Shown here: positions 21,905 to 34,021 of the stretch, one piece after another
Position numbering within the stretch: position 1 is the stretch's first letter
Layout of the letters: every line of letters begins with the position of its first letter
DNA from: an uncultured Candidatus Peribacteria bacterium
Lineage (GTDB): Bacteria; Patescibacteriota; Gracilibacteria; Absconditabacterales; Absconditicoccaceae
DNA: 37,310 nt
Direction of reading: 5' to 3'
Assembly: GCA_964637495.1 (NCBI GenBank)
Contig: CAZWWJ010000001.1
Span: 15,569 to 52,878, forward strand
Made by a program: the position numbers and the translations under genes
Notes under the pieces: model-generated
Databases searched by the model: none
Seen by the model: the letters and a program-made list of their open reading frames with translations, nothing else
Told to the model about the DNA's origin: nothing

Positions 21905-22990
21905 ATGAAATTAGATGATCTTGAAACAAAAGGTTACAATGCAGAAAAACTTTCAGATAAAAATGGTTTTGATTTGGATGAATTTGAAAAACTAATAAAT
22001 CAGTCAGAAAAGAAACAAAAGGAAAGTATTACTCTGGTTTTAACAAAAGAATTATCAAAATTTTTTTGAATATTTTGAGTTTTAACAGTATTTGGGATAA
22101 TTTTTGTTAACTTCAATCTTTTTTATTATGAATTAAAGTCAACATTCTTCAGCGAGCAAACTTATGCAGAAAACTCCTGATTTACTTCTATACAAGAACT
22201 TTCTTCTCAGAAAATAAATATTGGTGATAAAAAAGACACAGAAGAAAAAAGTCACACAACAACAGGTAATCAAGAAACCCATTCTAATAGCAGTCAAAAA
22301 GATACTTCTATACAAGAAACAAAGCTTAATAGCTTAAAAGAAACAACTGATAGTTTCACAAATCTAAAAAAAGAAAACATAAAAGAAAAAATAGATGAAC
22401 TAACTAAAGAGAAGGAATCTCAGAGTCAAACAAATATATATGAAAAACACATAGAAAAAAAACTTTTCACAAAAAATAGAAAGTATGATTTTGAATTTAA
22501 TTTATTACCTCCAGACAATAGAATAATAATACCATCTATAGGAGTGGATGCCCCTCTTGTGGACACAAATTATTCTAACACTCAAGAAATGATGTATGAA
22601 GAAAACTTTGAAGAAGAATTATATGAATGAGTTGTAAACTACCCTTTCACTCCGGACCCGGATGAATCTTGAAATACATTTGTATTTGGACATACAAGTT
22701 ATTACTGGCGAAAAGACAATCCTTACTGAGAAGTTTTTGCAAGAATGTGACAATTAAGTAATAATGATAAAATTAAAGTTATACGAGAATGAAACTTACA
22801 CGAATACAAAGTAACCAAAGAAAAAATAATGCGACCGGCAGAAGTTACTAACTTCTACGAACAACACAAACACAAAGATGCAATAACATTGATGTGATGC
22901 TACCCTATCGGATCAGATGCACAAAGAATCCTTATAAAAGCAGAAAAAACAGATACTTACCAAAACAAAAATTTAGCTGTTAACAACTAA
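21905..22990 (+). CDS. Sortase-family transpeptidase with N-terminal cytoplasmic segment, TM helix and long linker
   Basis: TM helix FFGIFGVLTVFGIIFVNFNLFYY. Catalytic-domain motifs: IIIPSIGVDAPLV, NTFVFGHTSYY (His), AITLMGCYP (TLxTC-like Cys), AQRILIKAE (Arg). 361 aa. ATG 21905, TAA 22988-22990. Confidence 0.75.
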
Positions 22991-22998
22991 TAAACAAA

Positions 22999-25191
22999 AT
23001 GAAGCAAATAATAATAAGTATATTGATCATATTCATTGCACTAAGCACAGTATCTGGGAATAATTCCTCTACTCAGGAAGCAAATACAAATACCTGAACT
23101 CAACGAAGTTATACCTGAAATTTAATTAATACATGAAATCAAGAAAATACTAACTCTCAGGAAACAGATACACACACCTGAAAAAACCGAAACTTCACCG
23201 GCAACTTAATTAAAACATGAACCAAAAATAACATAAAAACTGGAAGTAAGGAAGAAGTAACAACCTGAAGCAATCAAGAAGTTAAAACCTGAAACAAACA
23301 GGAATCCTGAACAGGAGACAAAGATGAAGAACAAAGGTTTGATGAACCTTTCAGGCAGCAACAATTTGATATAATTTCTCCAATTTATGAACAGGAAAGC
23401 GAAGTTCTGGCAAATTTTGCTATCCAGGAAGAAGATATAGAAACTTTAAGTGAGGAATTTCAGTCAATATCTGAAGAGTTTGAGGAACTTGAAGAAAGAA
23501 AAAACCAGATAGAAGAAAGGTATTCTGAAGTAAGGCAAGAAATCTCAAATGTAATAAGAAATATTCAAATGAAAAAACAAACTATTAAAAAATGAATCCA
23601 AAGAATTGAAAATTTAACAGAAAATGTAAGAAAACTTGAAAAATCACTGGAACAAATCAACAAGGATATAGAAACAACAAAACAAAAAATAAAAACTTAT
23701 ACAAATATACTGTTCAAAATAAACAATAATTTTTACAACAAAGAAAGCAATGAAATTGACAACATTAGTTTACTAGTTAGATCAGAACAGAATATAGCAA
23801 ATACTATGTCCGAAGAAGATATAACAAAATGAATTGTTTTCAATCTGGAAAAATTACAGGGCAAAATGAAAGAAAAAAAAGAAAAATACACTCACTACAA
23901 AGAACTATATAATGATGCAAGACAACAATATTACTCATATATTTCCCACCAAAAAGAAAATATTGAAGAATATGAAAACCAAAAGGAAAAACTAACTCAA
24001 ATGTTTCAGTACTACAAAGAAGATATAGAAAAATATAATGAACTTTACACAAGTCTTGTAACAAGCAAGGAAGAAGTAAGAAAAGAGATATCCCAACTTA
24101 GAGAAACAGCACAAGAACAAGAAACTATGGTACATCTTTCTGCTGATCAATCTTATTGAACATGACTTGATGATGTAGAAAGAAATTATTTTAGTTGGCC
24201 TGTACTACCAAGTGAATGAATATCTGCCTTCTATATTGATGAATGATACAAAGAAAGATTCTGAAGAGAAAACCTGTCTGTTGATATTCCAGCAGAACAA
24301 TGAAGCGAAGTATATGCACCAGCAGATTGAAAAGTACACCATGTAGTTGACCAAGACTCACCTTCTTTGAACTGGTTTATTCTAAAACACGACCACTGAT
24401 TTGTTACTGCATATTTACATATGTATCAAACCTTTGTAGAAGAGTGAGATGAAGTTGAAAGAGGTGAAATAATAGGACTTGTAGGATGAGAACCGGGAAC
24501 AAGAGGTGCAGGTAATCAAACAACATGACCTCATCTTCATTTTGAAGTGATAAAAGGTGAAGAATATATAGATCCTTTGAGAGTACTTGACTTAAGTGTG
24601 GTACCTTCTAGACACGATTTGCAATCCAAATATTACAGAAAATATATGAAAGATATATACCAAAGAGATTTTAATGTAAGAAATGTACCAGACTACGGAG
24701 GTGACACACTTGAAGAAAGAAGAGAAAATTACCTTTCTGAAAATGCAATTGAACCTTATCAGAATCTTTCTATGTGGGAAAAAGCAGCAGAGGATATAAA
24801 TGTAGATATAGATCTTTGAATATGTATTGCAGCTGCAGAATCAAGTCTTGGTAGTAATATGACCACTTCTTGGAATATATGAAATGTTGGAAACAACGAC
24901 AGATGAGACAGAATATGATTCAAATCACCTTATCAAGGGGCAAGAGCTATTTTCTTAACTCTGGATAACAGCTTTCTTTGAGAGTACAAAAGGCTTACTC
25001 AACTATCAAGATACAAAAACCAGGATTGAGCAATATATGCTTCCTCTCCTGAAAACTGGCAAAAAAATGTAACAAGGTGCCTTTCTAGCATAAAAGGACA
25101 TCCTGTACCGGAAGATTACTTTTTCAGAATTTACGAAGACGAACTTGATATAGATACAGCTATAGATGAAATAGCCCTGGAAGACATATAA
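22999..25191 (+). CDS. Secreted multidomain murein hydrolase: coiled coil, M23 (LytM) metallopeptidase, C-terminal GH73/FlgJ-like domain
   Basis: Signal-like N-terminus MKQIIISILIIFIALSTVSG. About 280 aa of heptad-like E/K-rich sequence. M23 motifs: HGFVTAYLHM and TTGPHLHFEVIKGEEYIDP. The C-terminal segment has ICIAAAESSLGSN (resembling the glucosaminidase A-x-x-E-S-G-x-G motif). It joins track fragments 23866..24159 and 24547..24819 in one frame. 730 aa. TAA 25189-25191. Confidence 0.85.
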
Positions 25192-25198
25192 AATAAAA

Positions 25199-25235
25199 AA
25201 CCAGAAGCCTGTATAAAGCTTCTGGTTTTCTTTTC
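25199..25235. terminator. Rho-independent terminator, apparently bidirectional, between convergent M23 hydrolase and trxB
   Basis: AACCAGAAGC ctgtataaa GCTTCTGGTT forms a 10-bp perfect stem. It is preceded by aaaataaaaa and followed by ttcttttct. Confidence 0.65.
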
Positions 25236-25246
25236 TGTAATTTTTT

Positions 25247-26185
<939 letters not shown>

Positions 26186-26258
26186 TGTTTTTTTTATTTT
26201 ATGAATTAAATTGTATACACAACAATTATTTTTTTGGTCTAATTTACAAGTTTAAATA

Positions 26259-27578
26259 TTAAATTTGGTAAGTTTCTTCTGTTCATTTTACCATATCCTT
26301 TAGTTTATAAACTCAGTTTGTTTTTTCTCACTCCCCAAGAATTACCACATACCTAATTCACTTCTTGTTTGCATAATCAAGTTGTTTTTTCATTTTTTGA
26401 GGATAAGGAAAAATTTCTACCTGTCTACCTTCTTTTATAAATCATCTTGCAAGATATAAGATGTCCTGATTTGTTTCTTCAAAGTTAACAAAAAAGTATT
26501 TAGAGCTGAAAAAATAATTTTGATCTATTTTGTTATTTTCTGTTAACCAACTAAACAATCTATCAACTCAAATACTCCCTCCAACTCAAGAGAATCAGCT
26601 TTTGGGATCCAGATTGGATGTTAAATCATCGTACCTTCATCAAGAAGCTATACTACTATACCCTCTATAATCCTGTATAAAAGTTTCAAATACTATTCAA
26701 GTATAATAATCAAGACCTCTTACTATCCCGAAATTTATTTTATAATCTATATCAACCTCAAAAATCTCTCCCATATTCAAAAGATTAGAAAGAAAAAGTT
26801 TTAGTTGATCTATTCATTCCTGGAAATTTTGATCAGGTATGAAATCCCTTATACTGCTTAATAGATTATAATCTACATCCATTGTAATGAAATCATATAT
26901 TTTATTTTTTGTTTCTTTATCAAATCAAAGATTGCTAAGTTCCTTGAAAAACTCTTCTTCTCAAATTTTATCAAACTTATCAAGCAATACAGAGAGCTTA
27001 TGTGACTTTTTCTGATCATTTCCACAAACATAATCCAAGAAAGAAGATATAACTTTTTTGTTGTTAATGTGAACAACAAATCTTTCACTAATATCAAATT
27101 TTTCTTTGAGCTGAAATAAAGATTTATAAATCACAAACACCACCTCCCAGTCATAAAAAGGAACATCACCCTGAGAATTAGATCGTATGGCATCAATATC
27201 TGCCTGAACAAACTCCTTGTATCTTCACTTCTGCTGTCTTTCACCTCTCCAGACAGAATCTATCTGATATCTTTTGAAAGGAAAATTCAAAGAAGACTTC
27301 CAGTCCACCACATATCTTGCAAAAGGAATTGTTAGATCAAACCTAAGAGAATAATCCTTTGCATCTTCTGCTCACTGAGCAAGTCAATATACACCAAAAA
27401 TCTGCTTACTTGTTTCCTCTCATCATTTTGCCTGTAATACACTGTTTTTTTCCATAGCAGAAGTAGAAACATGATCATAACCAAACATTTTATAATTGTT
27501 TTCTATTGTTTCCAGTATCTGATCGTATACTTTTTGTTGCCAGGGAGAATATTCACTAAATCAACCAGGTCTTAACAT
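26259..27578 (-). CDS. hisS: Histidyl-tRNA synthetase
   Basis: Motifs: [35 protein letters not shown] (motif 2), GLDYYTGIVFE, ASGGRYDDL, FSGVGGSIGVDRL (motif 3). 439 aa. Contains track fragment 26961..27143 in frame. TAA 26259-26261. Confidence 0.9.
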
Positions 27579-27601
27579 TATTCTTTAATAAAAAAATAAA
27601 A

Positions 27602-28009
27602 CTACAAACCAAAAATCCTTGAGTTTCTCTCTTTCACCAGATCCTCAATCAAATTATTGCCTATTACCTGATCAAAATATTCAAAAGAAATACTATCCAC
27701 TAGTACAAGAGAATCTTTTGCATACTCTTTGTTGAATTTCATAGTATAATACATTTCAAAAACTGCTTCAAGATAACCGGTATCCTGATACATATAATTT
27801 TTGAAGTTGAAATCTCCATGATACATAAAATCCTCCAGAGATATACTGGAGTTCAGAAGATTTTGGTAGTTTTTTATTATATATCCTTTGTTGGTTAAAG
27901 AAATTATTTGCTTATTACTGTCCTCATGCAAAAAATTACAAGCTTCTTTTATTCATTCTGTTTCCTGCAAATTGTTTATATCAAGATACAGTTGTAATTT
28001 ATCGTACAT
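27602..28009 (-). CDS. Hypothetical protein, 135 aa
   Basis: Runs from ATG 28007-28009 to TAG 27602-27604. It extends the track ORF 27602..27931 upstream through one TGA. It is wedged 21-23 nt from proS and hisS on the same strand. No family recognised. Confidence 0.5.
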
Positions 28010-28030
28010 CTAAAAATTTTTATATATAAA

Positions 28031-29308
28031 CTATCCCACAAGTTCATTCCAGCTTATTATCTTTGATTCACCTGTGGATCTTTTTATTAGCTCTACTTTA
28101 TCTTCTCATTCACTAAGTGTTTTATCAGATACTACTACCTTGTAAGGGAAACCAATCAGATCAGCATCATTAAATTTGTAACCAGGTGAATAATTTCTGT
28201 CATCAATTATAACCTCTTCTTTGTTTTCTTTAAGCTTATTATAAATTTCTTCTGCTTTGGATGCACCATTATCTCCTATCGGGATTATACAATACTTATA
28301 AGGAGCAAGATGTTCAGGCCATTTGATTCCTTTGTCATCATGAAAAACTTCTACCAAAACTCACATTACACGGGTTATTCATATTCAGTAACATCACATA
28401 AGCACCGGCTGTTTTTCTCAGTTATGATCAGCATAATAAAAACCAAAATCTTTTGAGAACTTATCATAAAGTTTGAATATATTTGCTGATTCTGCTGCCT
28501 TTGCTTTTTCAAGATATGTTTGGGTTTCATTATCATAAACCTCAACAATTTCATTATCCTCTTCTTTTACTTCAAATCTTTGAGAATACTCTTCAAATAA
28601 TTCTTCATTGAAAGCCTCTTTGGTTCATTTGATAAACCAGATATTATCTTCTCAAGCTTCAGTTAGAGTTTGGAACTCAACTGATGGTTTGTCCGAAAAA
28701 TCTCCACCCGGAGCATTTACCTCAAAAGTTATATCTCCAACTCAAAGTCTTTCAAATATTCTATGATAAGCTCATACTACTTTATCAAAATACTGATCAA
28801 GATCTTCTTCGTTTGAGTGGAAACTGTATAGATCCTTCATCAAAAATTCTCTTCATCTAAGAAGTCAGGATTTGGCTCTTTTTTCGTTTCTAAATTTGTT
28901 TTGTATCTGATAAACACTACAAGGTAGGTCTTTATAAGAAGAAACAAACTTCTCTACCAATGGAGTAATTACTTCTTCATGACTTGGATTAATTATCAAC
29001 TCGTGTCAGTTTACTGTATGTGTAATAAACAAATTATCCATCTCATAATATCTGTTGGTTGCAACCCAGTTTTTCTTGGAGGCCAAAGTAGGCATAAAAA
29101 CTTCGTTACCTCATATATTATTCATTTCTTCTCTTACTATATTTGCTATTTTTGTTAACACAATATTCCCAAAAGGCAAAAACGTATACACTCAAGCTAT
29201 CATTCTGTCTATATATCATCACTTAAGCAAAAGTTTTGCATTAGTGGAAACCTCTTCCTCTGCTATTTGTTTTTGAGTTGTAACAAACAAATTTGAAAAC
29301 CTCATCAT
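28031..29308 (-). CDS. proS: Prolyl-tRNA synthetase, bacterial-like but without the INS editing domain (425 aa)
   Basis: Motifs: [35 protein letters not shown] (motif 2), VLMGCYGIGITRVMG (motif 3). C-terminal anticodon-binding domain CIIPIGDNG...[11 protein letters not shown]. The track ORF 28106..28357 reads through TGA to TAG 28031-28033. Confidence 0.9.
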
Positions 29309-29328
29309 TTTTTTTTAGCAAAATAAAA

Positions 29329-30531
29329 CTAATCATCACTTGTTTTTTGTTTTTTCTTTTTCTTTCTTCCTTTGCCTTCAAGATATCTTTTTCTTTCTAT
29401 ATAGTTTTCTATACCAAGTAGCTTTTGAAGTCAGTCATGCTCTTCAAGTTTTTGCAAAACCTTTTGTTCTATTTGTCTTACTCTTTCTCTTGTTACATTA
29501 AATTCAGCACCTACCTGCTCAAGAGTATATTTGGGCCCATCTATTCAGTATCTCATTTTTATTATTTTTGCTTCTCTTTCATCCAACATATCAAAAATCT
29601 TTTCTAGATTGGTTGATACTGTCTCTTTCTCAACATAGTCATCTGGTTTTAGTGTTTTCTCGTCTGCTATCAGATCTCATATACTATTTTTTCAGTCATC
29701 ACCTACTTCAGCATCCAGAGATATATTACCAAATATCACCTCTTCTAACTTTTTAACTTTTTTGTATGGAAAATCAAGATGTTTTGCAATCTCCTTAACT
29801 GTTGGCTCTCTTCAGTATCTTTGAAAAAGCTCCTGTGAAGCTCTGTTGAATGCATTTATCTCGTCTATAAGATGAACCGGTATCCTTACATTTTTTGTAA
29901 TATCAGCAATAGACTTGGTTATTGACTGTTTTATCCACCATGTTGCATAAGTAGAAAACTTAAAATCTTTTTCAGCATCAAACTTTTCTATTGCTTTTAT
30001 TAATCCCACATTACCTTCTTGTATAAGATCCATGAAAGATAGTCTGGAACCAAGAAATCTTTTTGCTATACTAATCACAAGTCTAAGATTGGACTCCATT
30101 AATTTTTTTCTTGCCTGTTCATCTCACTGCTTTATTCTTGAAGCAAGCTCTTTTTCTTCTTTGGCTGTCAAAAGAGGTATTTTTGAAATATCATTAAAAT
30201 ATAATTTTATAAAATCTTTGAACTGTTGGTCGTTTACATAATGCTCATCATCATATAGTGATACTTTTCCAAGCTTTCTTGTTTCTTCTCATTCGTTTGC
30301 TTCTCTTTCCAAAATCTCTTCTATTGTTTCTACTTTTATTCATAGCTTGTCAGCAAGATCGTATACTCTTTCTATAACATCTATTTGCTGATCAATATCG
30401 CTTACCTTACTTATTATCTCGTCTTCTGTGATATATCATCTATCAAGTCATGTATCCAGAAGTTTTTGTAAATCTTCAGGAAGTTCTTTGATATCATCCT
30501 TTAATTTATCCCATAATTTCTGTTTTGCCAT
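29329..30531 (-). CDS. rpoD: RNA polymerase primary sigma factor (sigma-70 family)
   Basis: Region 1.2/2: [24 protein letters not shown]...[14 protein letters not shown]...[18 protein letters not shown]...[14 protein letters not shown]. Region 3: [10 protein letters not shown]. Region 4: [27 protein letters not shown]. 400 aa. TAG 29329-29331. Confidence 0.9.
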
Positions 30532-30896
30532 ACAGTTTATTTAGGAAGTAAAAGTTTTTTAAGTACTACATAATGAGGTGCACTTTTCAACTATAATAAT
30601 GATTTTTTAACAAAAATCAATAAAAAGTATATCAAAAATTGGTTAAATTTTCAGGATAAAAAAGACATCTTTATTTTAAGTATTATACTGGAAAGTTTAA
30701 GTAATAAAATAATTTTATTCTAAAGGTTTCCTTATCATTGAACTAGAAATAAAATCTTACCAAAATAAAAAGTAAATTTTATTATAATTTTCCAGAATAT
30801 TATTTATTTCAGGTCTTTAGAATTCAAATATATCTTAAAAATCCCAATTTTAAATAAAGATAAAAAAAAACATTGGGTAGTTCAAAACTTTTCTGC

Positions 30897-30924
30897 TTGA
30901 CAAAGAAAACTATATGTATATACA
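30897..30924 (+). promoter_or_regulatory. Candidate sigma-70 promoter for the 122-aa ORF
   Basis: TTGACA (30897-30902), 16-nt spacer, TATACA (30919-30924), about 45 nt upstream of ATG 30970. In DNA this AT-rich such matches occur by chance. Confidence 0.25.
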
Positions 30925-30969
30925 AAAGCAAGCTCAACAAAGTAAATATTTAAATTTCTAAAAATTAGT

Positions 30970-31338
30970 ATGATGACTATAATTTCTGAAAGAAGTCCAG
31001 AACAAATCCCTCAAAAAAACCAGCTACAGGAAGCCACAGAAACTCAAAAAAGAATTGAACAGTTAAAATACAGTTTGTTTAATGGTCTTTGATACCAAGA
31101 TATTATGCATTTTGAGCAACTTTTTTTAGATAATATTATACAAATCGCCCATCAAAACGACCAAGAAAGCATAAATAAATTAGCTATTCAGCTTGAATGT
31201 GAAATGATAGAGAATTTTCGCAAAAACTGTAAACAAACTATTAATGAAAATCAAGCAGCTTATTTATGGATTGAATATTACAGTGTAACTTTTAGAAAAA
31301 TCATAGAAGAATTTATCAAAGAAAACAATATAGAATAA
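30970..31338 (+). CDS. Hypothetical protein, 122 aa
   Basis: ATG 30970. One in-frame TGA. Continues into track ORF 31105..31338. TAA 31336-31338. No family recognised. Confidence 0.5.
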
Positions 31339-31346
31339 AAAATTAT

Positions 31347-32396
31347 TTATAAACCAAACTCGTAATATTCTTGGTACTGATTTGGGTTTCAGGGAGTTAT
31401 ATGTAGTTTTCTATTAGGAAGATCCATAATCAACGAAGTTACACTACCTGTTCTTCCAAAAAATCATTTATCCTGATAAGGTGAACATATAGCATAAATA
31501 CCATTTTCTTTATCTTGCAATATATCCTTACAAATCTGTATATCAAAACTTTCATACTCTGATATAAGTTTATTTGCCTGAGAATACCTTTGCCTGCTTC
31601 GTTCAAGGTTTTTGTCTTCTTTTTGCTTTTCTTCAAGCCAAGGAAAATCTTTGTGAATTTCAGTATCAATAAAATGATTGGTAACAACAAATTTTTCTTC
31701 CTGCCAGGTTGTATAGGCTTTATCATCAAAAAACTGATAATTAAAATAATTTCAGTAAGCATCTCCAGAAGTTATACTACTGCTTTTTCAGTTTTGATTA
31801 GCTAATACAAAATTGTTTACTTGCTCTATATTTTCACATTCCAGAATCTTTCTAAGCATCAAATGTACTGGCAAACCTACAGAATTTATCTGAGAAGAAA
31901 TAAAGTTCAAGGAAACTCATATCCCAAAATTATTAAATCATATTTTTCAGACAAGACCTGGTTCCATCAACATCAAAATCTGATTACCATTATCATTATT
32001 TATCTTGCCAACAAAAAACAAAGACTCAAAATCCTCCAGAAAATCTCGGTTTTGAGCAAGAATTCAATACTTGGAAAGATAAAAACTTGTACATTCATTC
32101 AAAAAACCTTTTTCTTTCAAGTTCATAATTTCACTACGGGCATTGATTGCATATATCCACATAACATCCTGCCCTGATCATTTGGCTATTCACTGTATTT
32201 CTTTGGCAAGATTAGGGGTTTCTTTTTCTATCTTGTCTTTATAAAATTCTGCTTTCTGTAAAACTGTTTCATCTTCTTCTTTGAAAAGCTTTTTATAAAT
32301 ACTTATAACTTTGTCTATTCTTTCACGAAATAGTTCTCAGTGTTGCAATCATATTTCATAATTACTCCCTTTGAAAGTATATTTCTGAAAATTCAT
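31347..32396 (-). CDS. Peptidase C45 / acyl-CoA:6-aminopenicillanic-acid acyltransferase-like Ntn hydrolase
   Basis: 349 aa. MNFQKYTFKGSNYEIGLQHGELF. Candidate autoprocessing nucleophile Cys102 in FLNECTSF. FVVTNHF. C-terminal GRTGSVTSLIMDLPNRKLHITPGNP. No in-frame TAA/TAG (checked codon by codon). The 107-aa track ORF 31439..31762 is an alternative-frame shadow of this gene. Confidence 0.7.
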
Positions 32397-32412
32397 TATT
32401 GTTTTTTAAAAA

Positions 32413-33165
32413 CTAAACATCTCTGGTAGCTACCAACAACATTCAGTCAGTTGGCCTTACATTAAATTGTTTATAAAGATAATGATCTCAAACTCAATCT
32501 CAAGTTGGATCTACAGGATTTCAATCATCGTCTCTTATATAGTCTCTTCTTACAAGATCATCTTCCAGATACTCCAAAGCATCAGGATTTACAGATCCCA
32601 AAACTGATCTTATCCAATCAATATAACTTTGGTCAATATTTCAGATTTGTTTGTTCAGTACATTATATCCATAATTTTCAAGTTTCATAAAATATCTTAT
32701 CACTTCTTCTGCTTTTGTAGTCAAAAATATTACATCCGGGTTGTTCAATCAGATTCTTGAAACTGAAAGCCTACTTCATATTCAAAATCTTCTATAATCA
32801 TCTTTGACACCATTAACAAGTCGATAGGAAACATTATTTCATTCATACTCTCAGTTTTTGGAAAAAGAAATTCATACAGGATTTCATTCTGCAGTATGAG
32901 AAACCACTGCCGAATCTGCATTTTCAATAAGTTTATTCCTTATGATATTTTCATTCAAACTTGGAAATATTTCAAGTAACAAATCAACCAACTCTTCATA
33001 ACTTTGTTGTACCAACTGATTATAAGAATCACCTGTATAATAAGAAAAATTAATACCTGTACTTAGTTTTTCCGAAACTTCTCTTGAAAATTGCTGTATC
33101 ATATTCTCTATAATACCTTGTTGATTACTAGGTTTTTCCTCTGGATTTGTGTCTTTTTCTCTCAT
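32413..33165 (-). CDS. Hypothetical protein, 250 aa
   Basis: ATG 33163-33165. The track ORF 32884..33165 continues through 17 TGA codons to TAG 32413-32415 (translated codon by codon). The C-terminal half is Gly/Asp-rich (DDDGNPVDPTGDGVGDHY). No family recognised. Confidence 0.55.
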
Positions 33166-33189
33166 TTTTATTAATTTATTATATTAAAT

Positions 33190-33840
33190 TTACATTTGCT
33201 TGATATGATTAAGTGTATTTGTTGTACTAACTCAGTATTCTTCAGGGTAATTCGGAACTCCGTATTTTCTGCTGTCTTTTACTCTAAGTAAGATAAGTTT
33301 GATATCATCATAAGAAAGTTTTCTGTAAACTTTCATCACCTTGTCAGCTGTGTCCAGATGCTCTTCATGCAAAACAACTCAATCTGGTTCCAGAAATAAA
33401 GCAACATCAGAAGGTCTTCTATCTTCGTCCATATATTCATACTTGTAAGTATCATCTACCTGCTGTTGATTTAGTATCATCTGCTGCCTTATCCAATCAG
33501 AATATATTGGTCTGTTATTTCATTTTCTTTCTTTTACTCTCTGATCTCACTCTACCCCTACCATAAGATAAAGATCCTGCCTTGAAATACCAAACTGATC
33601 AAGAATTTTTCTTTCCAATGTCTGCAGGTATCACATATGCCCCATATGCAAAAGATCCCATGTTGCATTAACAACCACTACTTTTTTGCCTTTCTCCTGC
33701 TCTTCCTGAATTTTTTCTTTTGCATTGATAAGAACTTCTACTATTTCATCAGTGGCATCCTCTCTCAAAAAATCCATTCTTTGAGCTTCTTGATATCTTT
33801 CTTGATAATCCTGACTGTTTATTGTTAGAATTCTTTCCAT
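33190..33840 (-). CDS. Cytidylyltransferase-like (HIGH-motif nucleotidyltransferase, TagD/RfaE-domain-II type) protein, 216 aa
   Basis: After a ~50-aa N-terminal extension: VVVVNATWDLLHMGH-M-[TGA]-YL (variant of GxFDxxHxGH). A C-terminal YGVSTTNTL resembles the ISST motif. Open to TAA 33190-33192 (checked codon by codon). Confidence 0.6.
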
Positions 33841-34021
33841 TTTTAATTATTGTTTAATAAAATATAAATTTGTAAACTTATATAATTATTTTTTGTATTT
33901 TTTCAATAGTTAAATAAAGAAAATATCAATTATCTAATTCATACAAAAAAATCAAAAAAAATGATTTTAAAAAATATTTCAAAAGATATTAACAATTTGC
34001 AACTAATTTGAGCCAAAAAAA

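Noticed and set aside
31439-31762. 107-aa minus-strand track ORF (MLTEIILIISFLMIKP...).
   Set aside because: It is in an alternative frame of the same strand inside the C45 gene. The C45 frame carries recognisable family motifs and is open over 350 codons, while this one is a basic, hydrophobic shadow.
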